This document shows, one piece after another, positions 30,346-39,755 of a stretch of DNA of 64,000 nt. The notes beneath the pieces are model-generated. The model had not been told where the DNA came from. It searched no databases and was given only the letters and a program-made list of their open reading frames with translations. The DNA comes from Candidatus Hydrothermales bacterium. GTDB taxonomy: Bacteria > Hydrothermota > Hydrothermia > Hydrothermales > JAJRUZ01. Location of the stretch: NCBI GenBank assembly GCA_039630575.1, contig JBCNUW010000001.1, positions 659 to 64,658 on the forward strand, in the 5' to 3' direction. The stretch's first letter is position 1, and each line of letters begins with the position of its first letter. A program made the position numbers and the translations under genes.

Positions 30346-31167
30346 ATGCATACCTTCTCGTATATAGACTTCTATGAATTTAAAAGAGAACCCTTTTCAG
30401 CTGCTCCAGATGAAGGTTTTTGGTTTAATTCTCCTCAACATAAGGAAGCCCTATTAAAGATCATTTATGGCATTAAAAATCATAGAGGATTAATTACTGT
30501 CACAGGGGATATAGGACTTGGTAAAACAACCTTAGCCAGAAAACTTTTGAGTGAATTGATGAAATATGAAAATTTTGATCCATCCCTAATTGTTATTGTT
30601 CACTCTGAAATAGGTAAAATATGGTTTTTAAAGAAAATTGCAAGTAACTTAAAAATTCTTACAGATGATAACGATCCAGTTTCAATTATATCAAAAGTGT
30701 CTAAAAGATTAATTGAAATGTATAAAAATTCAAAGATTCCAGTAATCCTAATCGATGAAGCAAATATGTTAAAAGATAAAGAAATAATGGAAGAAATAAG
30801 AGGACTTTTAAATATTGAAATTCCGGGGAAGAGACTCTTGAGTTTTGTACTCTTTGGTTTACCTGAACTTGAAGAAAATCTTAAAATAGATATGCCCCTT
30901 TATGAAAGGATAGCTTTAAAAATTAAATTAAAACCCCTTAATTTTGAATCAACAAAAGAGTATATTCTACATAGGCTGAAAGTTGCAGGATCAGTAAAGA
31001 GTGTTTTCTCAGATGATGCTTACGAAATTATTTACAAATATTCAAAAGGAAAACCAAGATTAATAAATACAATTTGTGACAATGCACTCCTTGAAGGTTT
31101 CTTAAGAAAAAGAAAATTTATAAACAGTGAGATTTTAAATAAAGTAATAAATGAACTTGGGATATGA
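30346..31167 (+). CDS. Second ExeA/GspA-like AAA ATPase
   Basis: FYEFKREPFSAAPD, GDIGLGKT, LIDEAN and GKPRLINTICDNALL. Confidence 0.88.
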   Translation: MHTFSYIDFYEFKREPFSAAPDEGFWFNSPQHKEALLKIIYGIKNHRGLITVTGDIGLGKTTLARKLLSELMKYENFDPSLIVIVHSEIGKIWFLKKIASNLKILTDDNDPVSIISKVSKRLIEMYKNSKIPVILIDEANMLKDKEIMEEIRGLLNIEIPGKRLLSFVLFGLPELEENLKIDMPLYERIALKIKLKPLNFESTKEYILHRLKVAGSVKSVFSDDAYEIIYKYSKGKPRLINTICDNALLEGFLRKRKFINSEILNKVINELGI

Positions 31168-32000
31168 AAGATTTAAAAATTGATCTTCACACTCATACAA
31201 TTTTTTCAGATGGTGAACTTTACCCCCAAGAACTTATTTTAAAAGCAAAAAAAGAAGGAATAGATGTAATTGGTATATGTGATCATGATACCCTTGAAGC
31301 AAAATATCATATAGAAAATAAAAGTATAGAAGTAGTGTTTGGCGCCGAACTTTCCTTAAGAGATGGTAACAAAGATATCCATTTACTTGTATATTTTCCA
31401 GAAGAAAATTCAGAGCTTGAAAAAGTTTTAGTTAAGATAAGAGAAATAAGGTTTGATAGGATAAGAAAAATATTAGATAAATTAAAAAAAATTGGAATTA
31501 AGATTGAATTAAGTGAAATTACTGGGGATAGGGATGTTAAATCTTTTGGAAGACCTCATATTGCCAAGGTACTTTTAGAGAAAGGATATGTCTCCTCAAT
31601 TGACGAAGCCTTTGAGCTCTACCTTGGAAAAGATAGACCAGCCTATGTGCCAAAGTTCAAACTAACTCCGGAGGAAGGCATAAAACTTAGTCTTATTTCG
31701 GGTGGTATACCAATAATAGCGCATCCAGGCGTTGAAGAAATTGATTTTGATTACCTTGATTATTTAAAAAAAATTGGTCTAAAAGGAGTTGAAATTTTTT
31801 ATCCTGATCACGATGAAGAAAAGGAACAGTATTACCTTGAATATGCAATTAAAAATAATTTGCTTGTAACAGGTGGATCTGATTTTCATGGATACAATCA
31901 TGCTGGAAAAAATATTATTGGACTTAAAACCTTGCCTTATAATTATTTTATAAAACTAAAAGAATTTAAAAATGAAATGTTTAATAGCAAACAGAGGTGA
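31164..32000 (+). CDS. PHP-domain phosphoesterase (TrpH/YciV-like)
   Basis: DLHTHTIFSDG, CDHDT, GRPHIA, AHP and TGGSDFHG. Confidence 0.92.
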   Translation: MKDLKIDLHTHTIFSDGELYPQELILKAKKEGIDVIGICDHDTLEAKYHIENKSIEVVFGAELSLRDGNKDIHLLVYFPEENSELEKVLVKIREIRFDRIRKILDKLKKIGIKIELSEITGDRDVKSFGRPHIAKVLLEKGYVSSIDEAFELYLGKDRPAYVPKFKLTPEEGIKLSLISGGIPIIAHPGVEEIDFDYLDYLKKIGLKGVEIFYPDHDEEKEQYYLEYAIKNNLLVTGGSDFHGYNHAGKNIIGLKTLPYNYFIKLKEFKNEMFNSKQR

Positions 32001-33438
32001 AATAGCAGTTAGAATCGCAAGAACTTTAAAGGATATGGGAATTTCACCTATAGGTGTTTATTCTGATCCAGATAAATTCTCCTTGCACAATTTCTTTATG
32101 GATGCTTCTTATCCATTAGGTGGAAGGTCAAGTTATGAAACTTATCTCAATATTGACAAAATTTTATGGGTTTTAGAAAAAGAAAAAGTTGACTTTTTGC
32201 ACCCAGGTTATGGATTTCTTTCAGAAAATTCAAAATTTGCAGAGGAAGTTATAAAGCGAGATGTTAACTTTGTGGGTCCTTCCCCTGAGGCAATGGAATT
32301 GATGGGTGACAAAGTGCTTGCAAGAAAAATTGCCGAAAAATGTTATGTTCCAGTAGTTCCTGGTTATTCGGAGAAACTAAGTAGTCCCAATGAGGCAATA
32401 AAAATAGCTGAAAAATTAGGTTTTCCACTAATGTTGAAAGCTAGTATGGGTGGTGGTGGTAAGGGTATGCGGATTGTAAGAAACAAACAAGAATTTATTT
32501 CACTTTTTAATTTAGCTTTTAAAGAAGCCGAAAGTGCCTTTGCTGATGGTTCCCTTTATATAGAAAGGTTTATTGAAAAACCAAAGCACATTGAAGTTCA
32601 AATAATAGGTGATAAGTATGGAAACTATTATGCTTTAGGAGAAAGAGAATGCTCTATTCAGAGAAGACATCAAAAGTTAATTGAAGAAAGCCCATCTTAT
32701 TTCATTGATGAAAAAACAAGAGAAAATATTCAAGAAGCTGCTATAGAGATTGCAAAATCTGTAAAATACTACAACGCAGGAACTGTTGAGTTTATATTTG
32801 ATGAAAATAAGAATTTCTATTTTATTGAAATGAACACAAGACTTCAAGTAGAACATCCTGTTACAGAGATGAGAAGTTCTTTGGATCTTGTGATGCTACA
32901 ATTAAAAGTTGCTATGGGTGAAAAATTGAAATTAGAAAAACCTTATCCCTTAAAAGGATATTCTTTGGAAGTTCGTGTTTATGCAGAAGACCCATATGAA
33001 AATTTTATGCCTTCACCAGGAGAGATAAAATGGCTCCATTACCCACAGGGTCCTTTTGTAAGAGTTGATTCAGGAGTTTATCAAGGTTTCTATGTTCCGG
33101 AGGAATATGATCCTCTACTTATGAAGATAATTACATGGGGAGCTGATAAAAAGGAAGGAACCTTAAGAATGATAAGGGCATTAGGTGAACTTTTTATAGC
33201 AGGCATAAAGACAACAAAGGAATTTTCTCTTCAATTAATTTCAAGTGACTTTTTTGAAAGAGGAGAATATGATACTTTTTTACTTGAAAAGTGGAAACCT
33301 GAAATATCTGAGTTTGTATTTATTGAAGAGGATTTATTAAGTTTTGCAGATAAAAAGGGTGTAATTGAGGAGAAAAAAGAAATTATTAAGTCTCGTTGGA
33401 AAGATTTCTCATTCTTTTTCAATAAATTTGAACTATGA
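31972..33438 (+). CDS. accC: Biotin carboxylase subunit of an acyl-CoA/pyruvate carboxylase
   Basis: LIANRGEIAVR, HPGYGFLSEN, GGGGKGMR, RECSIQRRHQK and EMNTRLQVEHPVTE. No biotinyl (MKM) domain is present. Confidence 0.88.
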   Translation: MKCLIANRGEIAVRIARTLKDMGISPIGVYSDPDKFSLHNFFMDASYPLGGRSSYETYLNIDKILWVLEKEKVDFLHPGYGFLSENSKFAEEVIKRDVNFVGPSPEAMELMGDKVLARKIAEKCYVPVVPGYSEKLSSPNEAIKIAEKLGFPLMLKASMGGGGKGMRIVRNKQEFISLFNLAFKEAESAFADGSLYIERFIEKPKHIEVQIIGDKYGNYYALGERECSIQRRHQKLIEESPSYFIDEKTRENIQEAAIEIAKSVKYYNAGTVEFIFDENKNFYFIEMNTRLQVEHPVTEMRSSLDLVMLQLKVAMGEKLKLEKPYPLKGYSLEVRVYAEDPYENFMPSPGEIKWLHYPQGPFVRVDSGVYQGFYVPEEYDPLLMKIITWGADKKEGTLRMIRALGELFIAGIKTTKEFSLQLISSDFFERGEYDTFLLEKWKPEISEFVFIEEDLLSFADKKGVIEEKKEIIKSRWKDFSFFFNKFEL

Positions 33439-33869
33439 AAGATCTTTTTACTAATGATTTGCTCTGGAAAACACTTCTTGTAGGTTTTTTTACACAAATT
33501 ATAAAGTCTATGATTTATAGCTTTAAGTATAAAAAGTGGAATTGGCGTTGGCTAACTGAGACAGGTGGTATGCCTTCATCTCACACAGCTTCTACAATTT
33601 TTCTCTCTACTATAGTTGGTGTAAGAGAGGGTTTCAATTCATCTCTTTTTGCTGTCACAGCATTTTTTACGTTTATTGTTATGTATGATGCAGCAGGTCT
33701 GAGAAGAGCAGCTGGTAAACAGGCAAGAGTATTAAATAAAATAATCGAAGAGTTTTCGTCTTCAGGAAAGATTAAAGAGGAGAGATTGATGGAGCTTTTA
33801 GGTCATACACCATTTGAAGTTGTCGTTGGTGCTCTCATTGGTATTATTTTTGCTTTGATTTTTACTTAA
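33435..33869 (+). CDS. Divergent PAP2 family membrane protein (DUF212)
   Basis: TGGMPSSH, VMYDAAGLRRAAGKQA and LGHTPFEV. Confidence 0.93.
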   Translation: MKDLFTNDLLWKTLLVGFFTQIIKSMIYSFKYKKWNWRWLTETGGMPSSHTASTIFLSTIVGVREGFNSSLFAVTAFFTFIVMYDAAGLRRAAGKQARVLNKIIEEFSSSGKIKEERLMELLGHTPFEVVVGALIGIIFALIFT

Positions 33870-33883
33870 GTTAACTTTATAAT
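33855..33883 (+). promoter_or_regulatory. Promoter TTGATT-17-TATAAT, probably leaderless
   Basis: TTGATT 33855-33860, TATAAT 33878-33883, ATG at 33888/33891. Confidence 0.65.
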
Positions 33884-33887
33884 TTTT

Positions 33888-34799
33888 ATGATGCTTAAAA
33901 ATTTAAATATTGGAGAACCTGTATTTCAAAGAAACCTGCTTCTTTTTCCATTATATAGAGGTGAAAATGGAGATGGGGAGCTTATAATTAAAACAATTGA
34001 GGATGCTTATAATGAAGGTTTTGGAGGATTTAGAGAATTAGAAAGACCAAACATTGAAAAAGTAATTTTTGAAAATAGAGGAAGTTACCCTGTATTTGCT
34101 ATTGATGGCGAACAGGTTCTTGGTGCTTTTCAGAATCGTGTTATAAATACTGCTTTTTTCTCTGAACCTAACACAGTTATTGAAGTTCCTGTTACATGCG
34201 TAGAGGAGAGAAGATGGGGAGGAAAAAGAAATTTTGATTTTTCAAGCACTACCTTATATCCAAGTTTAAGAGCTCTTCTTTTAAAAACAACTAATAAAAG
34301 TTTAATTCTTAAGAATTCATTTATATCTGACCAGAAACTTGTGTGGGAGAATATTAGAAAAACCTTAACATCATTAAATGTCTATTCAAAAACACTTTCA
34401 ATACAGGATGCCTTTAATATTTATGAATCACAAATTAATTGGTACTTAGATGGAGTAAATTTTGACAATGCTTGTGGTATAATTGCTTTTGCGGGTCCAA
34501 ACTTTTTATGTATGGATCTATTTGTATCTAAGAGTCTATTTTTAAAATTCAAAGAAAAGATTTTAAAAGGTTATGCACTTGATGCAATTTTGTTAAGAGA
34601 ATATAAGACAGATTTTGTTGAAAAAGACAGAGTAAAGGAAATAATTGAAAAAGTCAAGAGGTTGAGAATAAGGGAATACAAGGGCTTAGGAAATGGCGTT
34701 GAATTAAGGGGCGAAGGAGAAGGTTTGATTTTAAGAGGTTTCAAAAAGGAAAGAGACAAAATACTGCATTTAGCAATTTTTCCTGATTTTAAGTTATAA
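33888..34799 (+). CDS. ARPP-1 / DUF6569-like protein
   Basis: DGEQVLGAFQNRVIN...VPVTCVEERRW...SDQKLVW...GYALDA motif pattern, recognised by eye. Confidence 0.7.
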   Translation: MMLKNLNIGEPVFQRNLLLFPLYRGENGDGELIIKTIEDAYNEGFGGFRELERPNIEKVIFENRGSYPVFAIDGEQVLGAFQNRVINTAFFSEPNTVIEVPVTCVEERRWGGKRNFDFSSTTLYPSLRALLLKTTNKSLILKNSFISDQKLVWENIRKTLTSLNVYSKTLSIQDAFNIYESQINWYLDGVNFDNACGIIAFAGPNFLCMDLFVSKSLFLKFKEKILKGYALDAILLREYKTDFVEKDRVKEIIEKVKRLRIREYKGLGNGVELRGEGEGLILRGFKKERDKILHLAIFPDFKL

Positions 34800-34800
34800 G

Positions 34801-35556
34801 TTGGACTTCATAAAATTAAGATTCGTTGATTTAATTGATATTTTATTCTTTGTTTTATTTTCCTATCTAATAATAAGACTTTTTAGAGGAACAAGAGCAG
34901 GTTTTATGTTATTTGGAATTTTCTTTTTTATAACATTGATAGCGATTTCCTTTTTACTAGATCTTACAGGAACTAAAATGTTTTTCAGTGGTTTAAAAAA
35001 GATTGGTCTTGTAGCTTTTATAATTATTTTTCAACCAGAAATAAGAAAATTCTTAACAAACATTGGACGTTTACCTCTTGTGAAAATCCTTGAAGAGGGT
35101 GAGAAAATTGAAAATATGATAAATATTTTAGTAAAATCAGCTTTTTCTCTGAGGGACAGAGGATATGGTGCTATCATAGTAATTCAAGGAAAAATGGGGT
35201 TAGATGATTATACTGATAAGGCTTTATTTTTAGATGCCCAGGTATCTGAACCTCTTTTTATTGCTATATTTAATCCTGCCTCACCTATTCATGATGGTGC
35301 TTGTGTAGTAAAAGGAGATAGAGTAAAGTATGTGAGATGTATTTTACCTTTATCTGACTCCCATCAAATAGATGCCTCACTTGGAACAAGACATAGAGCT
35401 TCTATAGGAATTACCGAAATAAGTGATAGTTTCGTAATTGTTGTCTCTGAGGAAAAAAGGGAGGTTTCCTTTGCTTATCAAGGTAAACTGATAAGAAAAG
35501 TTACAAAAGACACACTACGAAGAAACCTTGAACTCTTTTTTAAAGGAAGAATTTAA
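34801..35556 (+). CDS. cdaA: Membrane diadenylate cyclase CdaA
   Basis: Three N-terminal TM helices, IFQPEIR, HDGA, GTRHRA and VSEE. Confidence 0.93.
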   Translation: MDFIKLRFVDLIDILFFVLFSYLIIRLFRGTRAGFMLFGIFFFITLIAISFLLDLTGTKMFFSGLKKIGLVAFIIIFQPEIRKFLTNIGRLPLVKILEEGEKIENMINILVKSAFSLRDRGYGAIIVIQGKMGLDDYTDKALFLDAQVSEPLFIAIFNPASPIHDGACVVKGDRVKYVRCILPLSDSHQIDASLGTRHRASIGITEISDSFVIVVSEEKREVSFAYQGKLIRKVTKDTLRRNLELFFKGRI

Positions 35557-35569
35557 AATAATTTTAAAC

Positions 35570-36271
35570 TTATGGAGATTGAAGAAAACTAAAGACTCTT
35601 TTAATGTAATTTTTAAAATTTGATTCATACGATAGAGAGTATTCAATCATAGCTTGGTATATTGGAAAAAGTGTTAAAAATCTTAAAATACTTCCGGCAC
35701 TGACCTCTTCTTTTGCTCTTGTTATCTCAACAGGACCAAAAAAAGTTACTTCATCAACTTCCGTAAAATACTGATCAAGAAAATTTATTACTTTCTCTGT
35801 AGTAGTAAGGTCTACCTGTTTTTCCTGCAGTTTCACATACACAAAAGCATTCTGAATCACATTTACTACATCCTCCGGATGCTGATGAAAGAGAAAAGCA
35901 AATCTCGATTTCTCATATTTACCCTTTATTCCGAAATAAACTCCTGACTCTTCAGGAGAGTGTATTTCAAACCTTAAAAAGATTTTTAAAAGATCTGAAT
36001 TTTTCTGGTAACTTTCATTTTTTCTCGGTTCTATACCATATCCTACAAAATTAGCATTCTCTTCATGTATAGAGGGAACTACTGAAAGTTTTGAATGCCA
36101 AAAAATATCTACCCCTATAATATCCTCTATTGTATTTAAAATTGGAGTTACAAGATCTTGGAGCTTTGGTCTTATTATCTCATAAAAAAGTTTAGTTTTA
36201 TCACTACTTTTAAATATTTCTTCTAGTTTCTCAATTGGTATATAAGGTTTAATTGAAATTTCTTCCATCAT
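35570..36271 (-). CDS. Hypothetical protein
   Basis: 233-aa ORF overlapping the hflX stop. No family recognised. Confidence 0.7.
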   Translation of the reverse strand: MMEEISIKPYIPIEKLEEIFKSSDKTKLFYEIIRPKLQDLVTPILNTIEDIIGVDIFWHSKLSVVPSIHEENANFVGYGIEPRKNESYQKNSDLLKIFLRFEIHSPEESGVYFGIKGKYEKSRFAFLFHQHPEDVVNVIQNAFVYVKLQEKQVDLTTTEKVINFLDQYFTEVDEVTFFGPVEITRAKEEVSAGSILRFLTLFPIYQAMIEYSLSYESNFKNYIKRVFSFLQSP

Positions 36272-37353
36272 AATTTTTGATTTTTAGATTTTAAAGCATA
36301 AAATTTTATCTTGTCAAGAAGTAAGTTTATATTCTCGCCAGATTTTGCTGAAACAAAAACAGCAGGATCATATTTACTTTTTAGATATGATTTTTCTTCC
36401 TCTTCAAAGAATAAATCGTACTTATTGAAAACATAAATTGTATCTTTATCTTGTACTCCCATCTCTGAGAGAACGTTATTTACAGAATTTATTTGAATCT
36501 CTTTAATAGGACTAGAGATATCTACTACATGTAATAGTAAGTCTGCATCCTCAATAACCTTTAAAGTCGACTTAAAGGAGTGAATCAAACTGATGGGGAT
36601 ATTTTCAATAAAACCGACTGTATCGCTTAGAATTATTGGAATCCCATCTATATAAAATTTTCTTGTGAGAGCATCTAGAGTAACAAAAAGTGCATCTCTT
36701 GTTTCAGCTTTTTCCTTTGTTATTAAATTTAATAGTGAAGTTTTACCTACATTTGTATAACCTATCAAACATACCTTAAAAAAGCTTTTTCTTTTTTTAC
36801 TTTGTATATTTCTTTGATTCTCGATTTCTTTTAATTTTTCCTTTAAATGCTTTATTCTTAGGAGAATATTTCTCTTTTTAATCTCCAGTATTTTCTCTCC
36901 AGGACCTCTTGTTCCTATACCTCCACCTAATCTTGAGAGCCATTTTCCCATGCCTCTAAGTTTTGATAGCCTGTAGACAAGTTGAGCAAGTTCTACTTGT
37001 AACTTGGACTCTCTTGTTTTAGCATGTTTTGCGAAAATGTCCATTATTAACTCTGTTCTGTCAATTACTCTGACCTTGAGAAATTCCTCCAAGTTTCTTG
37101 TTTGTCTCGGTAAAAGATCTACACCGAAAATTACAGCACTTACTGATATTTGTGTAACTTTTTCTTTAAGTTCTAAAAGTTTCCCTTTTCCTAAGTAATA
37201 ATCAGGGTCTATTTTTTCTCTAAATTGGATAACCTCAGAGCTTATAGTTGCTCCTGCGGTTTTTACAAGACTTTCAAGCTCACTCAACTTATAACTTGAA
37301 ATTTCCCTTTCTTCAGGTTTAAAAATTGCTGTTAATATTACTCTCTCGCCCAA
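36268..37353 (-). CDS. hflX: GTPase HflX (short form)
   Basis: GKGKL, DRTELIMDIF, RLGGGIGTRGPGE, GYTNVGKT, DTVGF and NKYD. Confidence 0.95.
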   Translation of the reverse strand: MGERVILTAIFKPEEREISSYKLSELESLVKTAGATISSEVIQFREKIDPDYYLGKGKLLELKEKVTQISVSAVIFGVDLLPRQTRNLEEFLKVRVIDRTELIMDIFAKHAKTRESKLQVELAQLVYRLSKLRGMGKWLSRLGGGIGTRGPGEKILEIKKRNILLRIKHLKEKLKEIENQRNIQSKKRKSFFKVCLIGYTNVGKTSLLNLITKEKAETRDALFVTLDALTRKFYIDGIPIILSDTVGFIENIPISLIHSFKSTLKVIEDADLLLHVVDISSPIKEIQINSVNNVLSEMGVQDKDTIYVFNKYDLFFEEEEKSYLKSKYDPAVFVSAKSGENINLLLDKIKFYALKSKNQKL

Positions 37354-39701
37354 TTTTTAATTAGAACTGAATTAGAAAAATTTTTCTCTTTTTCTTTGTT
37401 TTTTGTTAAATCTACAAAAACAAAATTGACTGCTTCATCAATCGTTCTTACGAAATAAAAATCAATATCCTTTTTTACTTCTTTTCTTATCCTTCTTACA
37501 TCTGGTCTTGAATCCTCTGGAAGAATAATTTTTCTTATGCCTCCCCTTTTTGCAGCGTTTATTTTCTCTTCAAGTCCTCCTATCCTTAAAACATCCCCTG
37601 TTAAGGTAATTTCACCAGTAAAGGCAGTATCTGAAGGTAATTCTTTTTTCGTAAGTGCAGAGAGTATTGCTAATACAATTGCAAGCCCCGCAGATGGTCC
37701 ATCTTTTGGTATTGCTCCTTCAGGTATATGTAAATGTATATCGTATTTTTTATGAAAATCCTTCTGTATGCCATAGTTTTTACTAATTGATCTTAAATAA
37801 CTTATTGAAGTGTAAACAGATTCTTTTAAAACTTCACCTAAATGTCCTGTTAAAATCTGTTCACCTTTTCCGTCCATCAACAAAACTTCAATTTTCATTA
37901 TCTCTCCACCATACTCAGTCCAAGCAAGTCCATAGGCTACGCCAGGTTTCAATTTTCTCTCACTTTCAATTAATGTAAAAGGCTCAGGCCCCAAGATTTT
38001 TTTCAAAAGATTTTTGTCTACAATAGTTTTTTCTCTCTTTTCAACATAATTTTTAGCAGCATATCTTATTACTCTTGATAGCTTTCTCTCTAAATCTCTA
38101 ACTCCAGCCTCTCTTGTATACTTTCTTATTATTTCAAGTATTGCTTCGTCATCAATATGAAAGTATTTAGGATTAAGATTAATTTCGTTAATTATTCTCC
38201 TTATTAAGTGTTTTTTTGAAATCATGAGTTTTTCATATTCTGAATAGCCTGGTAAACTAATTACTTCCATCCTATCTCTAAGAACTAAAGGAATTTTATA
38301 GAGAGAGTTTGCTGTTGTGATGAACAAAACTTCTGAGAGATCAAATTCGACCTCAAGGTAGTGATCTACGAAGTGTTTATTTACATCAGGGTCAAGAACT
38401 TCCATTAAGGCTGCATATGGATCTCCCCTATAATCAATCCCTACTTTATCTATTTCGTCAAGGAGAAAAACTGGATTCTTTGAGCAAGCTTTTCTGATCC
38501 CTTGTATAATTCTACCTGGAAGAGCCCCAACATATGTTCTTCTATGTCCCCTTATTTCTGCTTCATCCCTTATTCCTCCAAGTGACATTCTTACGAATTT
38601 TCTCCCTAATGCTTTAGCAATAGATTTGGCAAGTGATGTTTTTCCTGAGCCAGGTGGACCTACAAAACATAGAATTTGCCCCAAAATTTTTCCCTTTAAT
38701 TTCAAAATTGAAAGATATTCAAGTATCCTTTCTTTTGGCTCAAAAAGACCATAATGATCTTCGTCGAGAATTTTCTTTGCTTTCTCTAAGTTAAAATTAT
38801 CTTTTGTTCTTTTATTCCATGGCATAGATGTTAAAAACTCAAGATATGTTCTTATGACAGATGCTTCAGGAGAAATAGAGGGTGTAATTTCAAGCTTTTT
38901 AAGCTCCTTCAGTGCATGTTCCTTTACGTCTTCTGGCATACCAGATTTTTCAATCTTTTCTCTCAGGGATTGGAACTCGTCAAATTCCTTATAGCCCAGC
39001 TCTTTTTGGATTTGTTTCATCTGTTCATGTAAAAAAATCTGCTTTTGACTTTTTTGAAGTTCCTCCCTTGTTTTTTCTTCTATTTTAATTTTAAGTTTTC
39101 TGAATTCAATTTCTTCTATGAGCCTCTTATTAAGCTCTTTTAGGTAGTCTATTAAATTATCGATCTCAAGAAGCATTTGTTTTATGTCAGATTTAACAGG
39201 AAGGTGAGTTGATATAAAATCTGCTATTTCTATTGAACCTTTTCTTGAATACAAATTTGCCAAAAGATCGTCAGGAAAGCCAGAAAGATAGCTTGTTAAT
39301 TCTCTGAAATTCTCGGTTACTATTCTCGAGAGATTATAAACCTCCTCGTTTTCAACTAAGTTTCTTTTATATATTTCAAATTCAGCCTCGTAATACTTTC
39401 CATTGTAATAGACATTTAAAATTCTTACCCTTTCCAAACCCTCAACAACGATTCGGTAATTTCCCTCTGGAGGTCTAAACTCTGTTATTACTATTCCAAT
39501 GGTGCCAAGTTCATAAAGATCTTTCTGTTTAGGTTCGCTTACTGAAGGATCCCTTTGAGTAACAAAGATAATCTCTTTTTCACTTGTTTTTAATGCTTCC
39601 TCAAGAGCATACTTAGAAAAATCTCTTCCTAATATAAGTGGATAGATGGAGTTTGGAAAAAGAACGACTTCACGCAAAGGAATAAGAGGTAATTTTCTCA
39701 T
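37338..39701 (-). CDS. lon: ATP-dependent protease La
   Basis: Lon N-domain, GPPGSGKTS, DEAEIRGHRRTY, PKDGPSAG (Ser) and IGGLEEK (Lys). Confidence 0.97.
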   Translation of the reverse strand: MRKLPLIPLREVVLFPNSIYPLILGRDFSKYALEEALKTSEKEIIFVTQRDPSVSEPKQKDLYELGTIGIVITEFRPPEGNYRIVVEGLERVRILNVYYNGKYYEAEFEIYKRNLVENEEVYNLSRIVTENFRELTSYLSGFPDDLLANLYSRKGSIEIADFISTHLPVKSDIKQMLLEIDNLIDYLKELNKRLIEEIEFRKLKIKIEEKTREELQKSQKQIFLHEQMKQIQKELGYKEFDEFQSLREKIEKSGMPEDVKEHALKELKKLEITPSISPEASVIRTYLEFLTSMPWNKRTKDNFNLEKAKKILDEDHYGLFEPKERILEYLSILKLKGKILGQILCFVGPPGSGKTSLAKSIAKALGRKFVRMSLGGIRDEAEIRGHRRTYVGALPGRIIQGIRKACSKNPVFLLDEIDKVGIDYRGDPYAALMEVLDPDVNKHFVDHYLEVEFDLSEVLFITTANSLYKIPLVLRDRMEVISLPGYSEYEKLMISKKHLIRRIINEINLNPKYFHIDDEAILEIIRKYTREAGVRDLERKLSRVIRYAAKNYVEKREKTIVDKNLLKKILGPEPFTLIESERKLKPGVAYGLAWTEYGGEIMKIEVLLMDGKGEQILTGHLGEVLKESVYTSISYLRSISKNYGIQKDFHKKYDIHLHIPEGAIPKDGPSAGLAIVLAILSALTKKELPSDTAFTGEITLTGDVLRIGGLEEKINAAKRGGIRKIILPEDSRPDVRRIRKEVKKDIDFYFVRTIDEAVNFVFVDLTKNKEKEKNFSNSVLIKNWARE

Positions 39702-39755
39702 TTATAAATTTACTTTTAGCATTTGATTTTTTCAAGTTAAATATTTTTATAATAG

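Noticed and set aside
27588..31167. Transposon TniB/IstB helper ATPases or a T2SS locus
   Set aside because: No adjacent DDE transposase, terminal repeats or gsp genes. The N-terminal F-G/E-F-xxxPF-xxxPD motif fits the ExeA type.
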